From the NCBI GenBank assembly GCA_045863395.1, contig BTVJ01000102.1, forward strand, positions 1 to 24,681: a stretch of DNA of 24,681 nt, written 5' to 3'. The notes beneath the pieces are model-generated. The model searched no databases, had not been told where the DNA came from, and saw only the letters and a program-made list of their open reading frames with translations. Within the stretch, counting starts at the first letter, position 1. The number at the start of each line of letters is the position of its first letter. The DNA is from Myxococcales bacterium (GTDB lineage Bacteria; Myxococcota_A; UBA9042; JABWCM01; BTVJ01). The translations under genes were made by a program, and so were the position numbers. Shown piece after piece: positions 1 through 7,505 of the stretch.

Positions 1-29
1 TCATCAGCCCACCGTCGACCCCATCGCGG

Positions 30-80
30 CCGGGCGCCACGACAGATCCGCCCGCCGGGCGCCACGACAGATCCGCCCGC
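30..80 (+). repeat. 25-bp perfect tandem duplication (ccgggcgccacgacagatccgcccg x2)
   Basis: Copies at 30-54 and 55-79. The homologous element has a single copy at about 4603-4627. Confidence 0.95.
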
Positions 81-241
81 TTCGACCCGCCGCACCGCAC
101 AAGACCACCCACTACAAGCCGCCAGAGCCCGTGGCGCACACCGCCCGATGGTCGCTCCTGACCGCAGCGCCCCCGCCAACCCTCCTCCGTCCTCCACTCC
201 CACGGAGCCCGCTACCCCTGTATCCGCCTCGCGCTCCCAAA

Positions 242-325
242 ACCGCGATGACAGTTCCTATGCGCCCGCGCACCGCGATGACAATTCCTATGCACCCGCG
301 CACCGCGATGACAGTTCCTATGCGC
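242..325 (+). repeat. 30-bp tandem repeat x2.8 containing the oriIS-like terminus (accgcgatgacagttcctatgcgcccgcgc)
   Basis: Units at 242-271, 272-301 (2 substitutions) and 302-325 (partial). A single homologous copy is at 4790-4813. Confidence 0.95.
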
Positions 326-618
326 TCCTCCCACGTTGCGTCGGGCATCGGGCCTTCGTCCAGCAGGCGGCGGCACTCGGCCCAGCGCTGGCACAGGACG
401 AGCGCCGCCTCGATGGTCTTTCCGAGGCCGACCTCGTCGGCGAGCAGGCGCCTGCGCTCGGCGGTGGCGCGGAGCCCGAACAGCGCGGCCTCGATCTGGT
501 GCGGGTTCAAATCGACGCGGGCGTCGAAGAGCGCGGAGCCGAGCGCCTCGAGCTCCTCCGAGACCCCCCGGCGCCGCAGCTCCAGCGCATGGGTGCGCGC
601 GTGGTAGGCGGTCGTCAT
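326..618 (-). pseudogene. N-terminal fragment of a SNF2-family helicase, truncated next to the IS end
   Basis: ATG at 618 gives MTTAYHART...ALFDARVDLNPHQIEAALF...LLADEVGLGKTIEAALVL (Q-motif and Walker A). Similarity stops at about 362 and the frame runs into the IS repeat with no DExH or helicase C-terminal motifs. An alternative GTG start at 708 overlaps the upstream TGA. Confidence 0.85.
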
Positions 619-704
619 GTGCAGCGCTTGTGGCAGCCGCCGCCGGAGGGGGTCAACCGCTTCGGGGGCTGGGGGCGGGTGCGTCGCGCGGCGGGCGCGG
701 CTCG

Positions 705-1373
705 TCACACCGAAGGGGCGGCAGGCGCGCCAACCTCGCGCAGCAGCCTGCGGCCCACGGGCTCGGCGACCTCGAAGGTGACGGGCTGAGGGGCGATCCC
801 GCTCGCTGCGGCGACCTCCTCGGCCCTGACGCGGATAGCCCCGACCTCGACCTCGACGCAGGCGGCGTGAGCAGGGTCACGGCCTCGCAGATACTCGACC
901 AGCGCCCGCTGCGCGGCATCGTCCTCCGCTCTTCGCGCGGCGTCCGTACCGGCCCCCCAGGTCGGCTGGTCAATCAACTCGAACCCCGCGTAGCGAAACA
1001 AGAGGAGCACGAACGTCGAGCACGTCAGACCCGATGCCGACCGCAGCCGCACGACCCCCTCGGCGCCGATGGCGGCGTCGCGCGGCTCGAAGCCGTAAGG
1101 CAACGAGCCGTTCTCGCGACGACGTGCCACCAGGCATGCCGCTGTGCGGACGGCCCCGAGGTCATCGAGGAACGCAGGCTCGACCCAACCGAGGTCGTCG
1201 GGCGAAGGCTCGTCGCAGAGCTGCCGGTGCCAGGCGAGGTGCAGGTGACGATGGGGAGCGTCCGCCTTGACGCGGTACAGCACGCCGACGTGGCCTCCCA
1301 CGGCGCCCTGACCGAGGGTCACGACCGCATCCTGGGTGGGCGATGCCGGTGCCCGGTGAAGGCGCGCCGTCAT
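705..1373 (-). CDS. Hypothetical protein, putative permuted papain-like (NlpC/P60 superfamily) His/Cys hydrolase
   Basis: ATG at 1373 overlaps the upstream stop (ATGA). Motif order GHVGVLY...HLAWH...LPYGF...GLTCSTFV places His before Cys, as in permuted NlpC/P60 (YiiX/LRAT-like) proteins. The fold call is an inference. Confidence 0.65.
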   Translation of the reverse strand: MTARLHRAPASPTQDAVVTLGQGAVGGHVGVLYRVKADAPHRHLHLAWHRQLCDEPSPDDLGWVEPAFLDDLGAVRTAACLVARRRENGSLPYGFEPRDAAIGAEGVVRLRSASGLTCSTFVLLLFRYAGFELIDQPTWGAGTDAARRAEDDAAQRALVEYLRGRDPAHAACVEVEVGAIRVRAEEVAAASGIAPQPVTFEVAEPVGRRLLREVGAPAAPSV

Positions 1374-2884
1374 CGATAGCGCGCCTCGATCCTGCTCACG
1401 GCCGCGGGATCCAACCCCCACGGTTCGCGCAGCGCCGCGAGCGCGCGGTCCACGAAGGCCGCGCGGCTCCGTCCGAGCCCCTCCCGGGCGTGTGCCGTGA
1501 CCATGAGGACCCCGCCGATGACGGTGGGCGGCAGGCTATGGGGCTCCAGTTGCTCGAGGAGCGCGGCCACGACGTCGAGCTCGCCGTCTCGGAAGAGGGC
1601 GTCGATGGACTCCACGAGCCGATCCGTTGCCTCGAGCAGCCGACCAGCGGCCACGTCGTCGGCCAGCGCGGCGAGGGTCAGACGGCGCCGCTCGGCTTGG
1701 GCGTCCTCCACGGCGGCTCGCGCCTCCAGCACCGCCCGTGACGCGGCCTCCTCGTCGAGCCCGATGCCGACGGCCGCTCCAGGTCGGAGGCGACGGCTCC
1801 TCATGATGGAGCTCCACCGCAGCGGGGCACCTCCGCGTGACGGGAGCTTCGTCGGAGTGCGGACAGCAGTACCGGGAGGAGCGTCGAGCAGCCCCGTGAC
1901 CAGCTCGGGAGCGACGAAGCCCAGGTTCTTCAGATGCCAGGTCGCAATCTCCCAGGGCGTCCCGAACCACCTGCGAGCCCGGTCCACGAGGCCGAGCGCC
2001 GTCGTGAGGCTCTCGGTCCGGATGGGTGGCCCGAGCAGCTCGACGAGCCCCGAACAGGGGAGCAGGAACTCCGCGGCAAATCCCTTGGCACGGCTCTCCA
2101 GCAACACGTTGGCGCTCGCGGCGCCCCCAAAGCCCGGGCGCTCCGCGTCGGCCGTGTCCAGCGCGATTCGAACGGTGCCGCGGGCGCCCGGATCGAACAG
2201 GACATGACAGAGCTCGTGTGCCAGATGAACGCGCGCGAGGCTCGGGTTACCTCGCCGCTCCGGATCGTCGGCGCCCAGAACGGCGGCCGCCCCCGCGCGG
2301 CGGTCGTCGATGATCGAAGCTGCCCGGAGCCCTCGTGTGACGAACGGATGCACCTGCACGGCGATCCCCAGCGTGTCTTCGAGGAGGGCCCGCATGTCGC
2401 CCTGCGGACGGCCCGCCAGGCCGAGCTCCCTTCGCACGTGCTGGGCGAGCTGGTAGCCCTGCCGCGCCGCATCCGCCGAGCGAGGTCCAGCCGGATTGCA
2501 CACCGAGAAGCCGAGGCGACGGCGCAGGGCCGCGCCATCTCCCCAGGCGCGCTCCGCTGCGGTCAAAGCACGGCCTGCGTTCAGGGCGCTCGACAGGACG
2601 TCGAGGTCGGCGGCAGCGAAGTCCTGGCAGGGACCGTGCAGAAGGAAGACAGTCGCACCCCTCGAGTCGTCCGCCGGTGCGACGATCCCCGTGAGGAGCC
2701 CATCCGCGTCGAGGCCATGGAAGCGAGCGAGCGACTCGAACACCCTGGGCTCGGCTCGGCCGCCCTCCGCATCCATGACGATGCTGGGCAGGATCCCCGC
2801 CCGCGCGGCGCATTCGTCTACGGAGAGGCCGCGGAGGCGTCGAAGTCTGGCGAGGCTCAGGCCGAGGGTGAAGAGTCCGTCCAC
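1370..2884 (-). CDS. XRE/Cro HTH + ImmA/IrrE-family Zn metallopeptidase with an extra C-terminal helical domain
   Basis: N-terminal LARLRRLRGLSVDECAARAGI...EGG (XRE HTH), AHELCH HExxH at 2204-2218, and ESRAKGFAAEFLLP (IrrE-type ExxAxxFA..L.P). Start is uncertain (GTG 2884 or 2902); the 3046 extension in the ORF track looks non-coding. Confidence 0.85.
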   Translation of the reverse strand: MDGLFTLGLSLARLRRLRGLSVDECAARAGILPSIVMDAEGGRAEPRVFESLARFHGLDADGLLTGIVAPADDSRGATVFLLHGPCQDFAAADLDVLSSALNAGRALTAAERAWGDGAALRRRLGFSVCNPAGPRSADAARQGYQLAQHVRRELGLAGRPQGDMRALLEDTLGIAVQVHPFVTRGLRAASIIDDRRAGAAAVLGADDPERRGNPSLARVHLAHELCHVLFDPGARGTVRIALDTADAERPGFGGAASANVLLESRAKGFAAEFLLPCSGLVELLGPPIRTESLTTALGLVDRARRWFGTPWEIATWHLKNLGFVAPELVTGLLDAPPGTAVRTPTKLPSRGGAPLRWSSIMRSRRLRPGAAVGIGLDEEAASRAVLEARAAVEDAQAERRRLTLAALADDVAAGRLLEATDRLVESIDALFRDGELDVVAALLEQLEPHSLPPTVIGGVLMVTAHAREGLGRSRAAFVDRALAALREPWGLDPAAVSRIEARYR

Positions 2885-2892
2885 GTTCTCGG

Positions 2893-2922
2893 CGTCTAGC
2901 ACGGCCCGTCCGAGAGGGTCAA
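2893..2922 (-). promoter_or_regulatory. Putative sigma70-type promoter for the HTH/peptidase gene, possibly giving a leaderless transcript
   Basis: Minus strand TTGACC-N18-TAGACG with TG at the extended -10 position. GTG 2884 lies 8 nt downstream with no evident Shine-Dalgarno. Confidence 0.35.
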
Positions 2923-3165
2923 GTCGGCTGGGGGCGGGTGCGAGCCCGCGGCTGACGCGGAGAGGAGAAGCGGGGCGTGCTCTGCGGCGCGGCCCCGGAC
3001 GAGACGCTCGCGCCGAGGCTCCCTCTCCGCCGCGGTGCTGCAGCACGTGCGCGTCGAGCGCGAGGACGGCCGCCGACGCCGCGCCCGCGATGACCGGGGC
3101 GACCGTCGGCTCTACGGACGAGCCAGGCCCGACGAGAGCGCCGCCGACGCCCCTGACCGCGCAGA

Positions 3166-4572
3166 GTGGGTCCGACCCACTGGCAGCGACTGCGAGGGAG
3201 GAGGTTGGGGTTCGCCGGTGCGGGGAGCGCGCAGACCGGCTCGGTGTCCTTCATTCAGCGGTTCACTCAAGACCTCCGGTTGTTTCCCCACGTGCATGTG
3301 CTCGTGCCGGACGGCCTCTTCCTGCTCCCGGACGACGGCGCCGCAGACTGCCAGTTCCACGTCCTGCCGCCTCCCACGGACGATGACGTCTCGATGCTCA
3401 CCGTGCGCCTCGCGGAGCGCCTCCAGGCCGCCGCTCAGTGCCATCTGGAGCAGAGCGGAGAGCACACCGATGGGGAGGACACCCACGCAGAGGACGCACT
3501 CGTTCGCCAATGCGCAGACGCGGCGGTGCGCAGCGCGCCCGAGAGCAGGACACCCCAGGCTTCCCACCGGCGGGCGGCCCCCAAGCCCCTGTGCGCGACC
3601 GTCGAGGGCTTCTCTCTCCACGCAGCCCGCTCCGTCGCCGCCCAGTACCGAGCCGGTCTGGAGCGTCTCTGTCGCTACGGCCTTCGGGCACCATTCTCCG
3701 TCGAGCGCTTCTCCGTCCTGCCGGACGGCCGGGTCAGCTACGAGCTGCGCAAAGCCGCGGGCGGGCGCACGGAGCTGAACCTCGACCCGCTCGACCTCTT
3801 GCGTCGTCTAGTGGCGCTTCTTCCCGCTCCCTACGGGAACTTGGTCAGATACCACGGGATCTTCGCCAACCGCTCACGTCTGCGCGAGCGTCTGCCGCGA
3901 CCTGCGACCTCTCTCTCCCCGGAGCGAGCGAACCTGTGCGGCGCGACGGTCGCTTCTCGTCCAAGTTCGGTGGATCCACACGCCAGAACCTCAGCGGACT
4001 CCCCGCCAGCGCCTGCCGAATCGCAGCCTGACGGCCCTCCGCTCAGCGGAACGGTGCCTGGCGTAGCAGCCGACCTGAGCCCCTCCACGGCGCACGACTC
4101 GTCGCCGAACGGAGAAGCTGCAGACGGAGCATGCGCGGCTCCACCCCTACCCCTACCCCTGCCCCTACCCCCACCCCCGCAGAGCCAACGCGCCCCGGCG
4201 GCTCACGCCACCGGTCTCCCGCCTCGGAGACACCTCTCCTGGGCGGCGCTGCTCCTTCGCACCATCGACGTGGACGCACTGACGTGCGCCCGATGTGCGG
4301 TGCCCATGGTCGTCCTCGCCTTCCTGACCGACCCCAACGTCGTCAAGCGGATCCTCACGCACCTCGGACTTCCGACGGCTCCACCGCCCCTCGCGAGCGC
4401 CCGTGACCCGGAGCCTCCGTTCGAGGGCGCCCCAGCCTGGACGGACGACCTCCCATACACCCAGGTCCTTGACGATGGTCCCGACGCCCCCTCCGGGCGC
4501 GGTCCACCGCGAGCCCCGCAGCACCGCGCCCCCTCTGCCCCAGGAGCAGGCGTCGTCCAGAAGCCCTGCTGA
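3166..4572 (+). pseudogene. IS91/ISCR-family HUH rolling-circle transposase, apparently 5'-truncated
   Basis: GSVSFIQRF..LRLFPHVHVLVPDG (HUH), FSLHA, LERLCRYGLRAPFS (catalytic Tyr), LVRYHGIFA, and C-terminal WAALL..DALTCARC..M..ILTHLGL. The usual N-terminal Cys-rich Zn-binding domain is not visible upstream. Confidence 0.85.
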
Positions 4573-4813
4573 GTCTTCAGCCCACCGTCGAGCCCATCGC
4601 GACCGGGCGTCCCGACAGGTCCGCCCGCTTCGACCTGTCGCCTCCCACATGAGCACCCACTACAAGCCGCCAGAGTCAGAGGCGCCCCTCACCCGACCGT
4701 CGCTCCTGACCGCAGCGCCCCCGCCGACCCTCCTCCGGCCTTCGCTCCCACGCAACCCGCTCCCCCCGTACTCGCCTCGCGCTCGCGAAACCGCGATGAA
4801 AGTTCCCATGCGC
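3166..4813 (+). mobile_element. Partial IS91/ISCR-like element ending at an oriIS-like motif (4790-4813)
   Basis: Transposase plus a ~240-bp conserved downstream region ending accgcgatgaaagttcccatgcgc. Similarity to copy 1 stops within 2 nt after this motif. Confidence 0.8.
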
Positions 4814-4960
4814 TCTCCGCTCGGTGCGCAGCTCCGCGGCCTGGGAGAGCGCGGGCGGGATCAATGAGTGCAATCTGCCGGGTTTGGGCCGCCAGGCACA
4901 CGGGGGGGTACGGGGCCCGTCGTGATGGACGAACGCCGTTCGGCGGCACGGCGAAGCGGA

Positions 4961-5001
4961 ACATCGGAGACACCAATTTTGTCGCGCACGGTCCCCGATG
5001 T
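4961..5001 (+). promoter_or_regulatory. Nested inverted repeats upstream of the SNF2 operon, putative operator
   Basis: ACATCGGAGAC (4961-4971) / GTCCCCGATGT (4991-5001), 10/11 match. Overlapping GAGACA-N7-TGTCGC dyad with an AT-rich spacer (4967-4985). Followed by TGGTATGAC (extended -10-like) and GGAGG. Confidence 0.4.
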
Positions 5002-5037
5002 CGTGGTATGACACCGGCCCCGGAGGACACGTGATCG

Positions 5038-7503
5038 ATGGCGACAGGTGATCAACGGGGCGGCGCCCGGTTCAAGCTCGGCACTCCCGGCAAGGCGAAC
5101 CGCAGCGCGAGCATCGAGGACCGCGCCCGTGTTACCCACATGGGCGTCACGCGGCTCGATCCCGCCATCCAGGCGGACGACTTCCCAGGGGTCGTGTCGG
5201 CTGCCTACCAGATGCTCCAGCTCATGCCGCGCGACGGCGGGATCTGGGACGCCCTGCTCCGTGCGTTGGAGGAGGGCGAGGCGCCGCTCCCGCTCCGCAT
5301 CGAGGCGGCCGAGCAGGCACTGGCCGCCTTGCCGCGCCACCGCAACGCGCTGCGCGTTCGCTTCAACGTCGCCGTGATCAGCGGCGACCCAGAGCACGCC
5401 GTGCGATTCATGCCGCCGTACCTGGCGGTGTTCGGGCCGGACCTCGACGCCGCGACGCGGCTCACCATCGAGCGACACGTTGGCCGCGCGAAGTCCCAAA
5501 TCGAGCAGCGAGAGCTGGCGGCCGCTCGGGCCGTCGTGGCCGCCGTGCAGGCGGAGCGCGAGGCGCGGGCGCGCGCCGAGGCAAGGGCAGCCCGGGAGTG
5601 GAAGGCAGCGACCCCACGCACCTCCTCCACGGGACGGGAACCTGCCTCCAGGAGAGGCACGGCCTCCGGCGGCGGGAACAGCGCGGCGGGCACGTCTCCC
5701 CCGTCGGCGGACCACAGTGGGACCGGAGGTGCCGCCTCTGACTCGGTGCGAGTCCCAGGCGCCCCCGCGCCCACGCGCATGGTCCGCGTCCCGGTCGACG
5801 GCCCTGCCGGCGCGACGACCCACCTGGAGGTCTCCTCTCTGGCACGGCTCCTCGAGCGCCTCGGCACCGCCTCCGACGGAACGGCGGCCCTGGATCTCGC
5901 CTGCGCAGCGGCCCAGGCGCGCACGACCGAGTCCTTCGACCGGCTGTTGGCCCTCGAGACCGTCCGGGGGGTGGACCACCTGCCGCACCAGATCGAGACC
6001 GTGCTCCGCACCCTCAAGCGCTTCCACGGGCGCGTGCTCCTCGCCGACGAGGTCGGGCTCGGCAAGACCATCGAGGCGGCGCTGGTGCTGGCCGAGTACC
6101 TGGCCCGCTCGCTGGTGCGCCGGGCGCTGATCCTGTGCCCGCCGGCGCTCGTCGCCCAGTGGCGGAGCGAGCTCGGCGAGAAGTTCACCGTGGCCGCGCG
6201 GACCACCCTCGACGGGGACCTCGCGCGGGACCCGCGGGCCTTCTTCGGCGACGAGGGCGTCGTCGTCGCCTCCCTCGCCCTGGCCCGCACGGACCGCTAC
6301 CGAGAGATCATCCTCGCGCAGCGCTATGACCTCGTCATCGTAGACGAGGCGCACCACCTCAAGAACCGATCCACCCGCGGCTACGCCCTCGTCGATGCGC
6401 TGCGGTCGCGGTTCCTGCTCCTGCTGACGGCGACGCCGGTGGAGACGAACCTCACGGAGCTCTACAACCTCGTGACGCTGTTGCGGCCCGGCACCCTCGG
6501 CACCGAGAGCGAGTTCCGGACGCGCTTCGCCGACCCCAGGGACCCTACGCGCCCCAGAGACGCCGGGCGGCTGCGGGAGCTCCTGCGCGAGGTGATGATC
6601 CGCAACACCCGGGCGCAGTCTGGCGTGGCGCTGCCGCCGCGCACCGCGCGGACCATCGTGGTCGAGCCGAGCGCCGAGGAGCGCATCCTCTACGGGGCCA
6701 TCGTGGCGCTCGTGCGCGCGGCCAAGGCACGCCCGAGCCTGCTCCGCCTGCTCCTCGAGCAGGGGGGGAGCTCACCGGCGGCCGTTGCGCGCACAGCAGG
6801 GGCGGCAGAGGTCCCGGAGCTCACCGGCGCGCTGCGAGAGGTCGCCGCGCTGGCGAAGGACGTTCGCCGCTGGACGAAGGTCGAGCGCCTCGTCGAGCTG
6901 CTCCCCGGGGGGAAGGTCCTGGTGTTCACCCGCTTTCTGGCGACGCACGCGGCGCTGGCCGACGAGCTCCGTCGCCGGGGCGTCCGCTTCGTGCCCTTCA
7001 CGGGGTCGATGAGCGCCGCGCAGCGCCTGGAAGCCGTCGGCGCCTTCGCGGGGGACGCCGACGTGCTGCTCTGCTCCGAGGTAGGCGGCGAGGGGCAGAA
7101 CCTCCAGTTCTGCCACCGCATCGTCAACTTCGACCTCCCGTGGAGCCCGACGCAGATCGAGCAGCGCATCGGCCGCGTGCACCGCATCGGCCAGACGGAG
7201 GTGGTCGAAGTCACGAACCTGTGCACGGGGGGAACCGCGGAGGAGCACATCCTCCGGGTGCTCGACGAGCGCATCAACCTGTTCGAGCTGGTCGTCGGCG
7301 AGATGGACCTGCTCCTCGGGGAGCTCGAAGACGAGCGGACCTTCGATGACCGGGTCCATGACATCTATGCGCTGGCGCACACGGAGGCGGACGTGGCGGA
7401 GGGCTTCGAGGTGCTCGGGCGCGCCCTGGCCGATGCGCGGGAACGTATGACCGCCGTGCGGGAGACGGACACAGCGATCTTCGGCGACGAGCTGGGGGTC
7501 TGA
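5038..7503 (+). CDS. SNF2-family helicase/ATPase (YqhH-like) with an N-terminal helical extension
   Basis: PHQ, LLADEVGLGKT, VIVDEAHHL, LLLTATP, GGEGQNLQ, NFDLPW, EQRIGRVHRIGQ: complete SF2/SNF2 motif set. Confidence 0.95.
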   Translation: MATGDQRGGARFKLGTPGKANRSASIEDRARVTHMGVTRLDPAIQADDFPGVVSAAYQMLQLMPRDGGIWDALLRALEEGEAPLPLRIEAAEQALAALPRHRNALRVRFNVAVISGDPEHAVRFMPPYLAVFGPDLDAATRLTIERHVGRAKSQIEQRELAAARAVVAAVQAEREARARAEARAAREWKAATPRTSSTGREPASRRGTASGGGNSAAGTSPPSADHSGTGGAASDSVRVPGAPAPTRMVRVPVDGPAGATTHLEVSSLARLLERLGTASDGTAALDLACAAAQARTTESFDRLLALETVRGVDHLPHQIETVLRTLKRFHGRVLLADEVGLGKTIEAALVLAEYLARSLVRRALILCPPALVAQWRSELGEKFTVAARTTLDGDLARDPRAFFGDEGVVVASLALARTDRYREIILAQRYDLVIVDEAHHLKNRSTRGYALVDALRSRFLLLLTATPVETNLTELYNLVTLLRPGTLGTESEFRTRFADPRDPTRPRDAGRLRELLREVMIRNTRAQSGVALPPRTARTIVVEPSAEERILYGAIVALVRAAKARPSLLRLLLEQGGSSPAAVARTAGAAEVPELTGALREVAALAKDVRRWTKVERLVELLPGGKVLVFTRFLATHAALADELRRRGVRFVPFTGSMSAAQRLEAVGAFAGDADVLLCSEVGGEGQNLQFCHRIVNFDLPWSPTQIEQRIGRVHRIGQTEVVEVTNLCTGGTAEEHILRVLDERINLFELVVGEMDLLLGELEDERTFDDRVHDIYALAHTEADVAEGFEVLGRALADARERMTAVRETDTAIFGDELGV

Positions 7504-7505
7504 CG

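Larger units (their letters stand above)
1..325 (+). mobile_element. Right (oriIS) end of an IS91/ISCR-family element; its transposase would lie upstream of the window
   Basis: 1-265 aligns colinearly with 4574-4813, the region directly downstream of the HUH transposase (shared blocks include cagcccaccgtcga, cacccactacaagccgccagag, gtcgctcctgaccgcagcgcccccgcc, aaaccgcgatga.agttcc.atgcgc). It ends in TTCCTAT, resembling the ISCR oriIS core (...GAACTTCCTATAC). Confidence 0.8.

Noticed and set aside
242..325. CRISPR array
   Set aside because: The repeats are head-to-tail with no unique spacers, no cas genes are present, and the unit matches the IS end at 4790-4813.
390..450. SNF2 fragment as an inverted duplicate of the gene at 5038-7503
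   Set aside because: Similarity is limited to the conserved PHQIE and LLADEVGLGKTIEAALVL motifs with synonymous differences; the upstream sequences differ, so they are separate paralogues.
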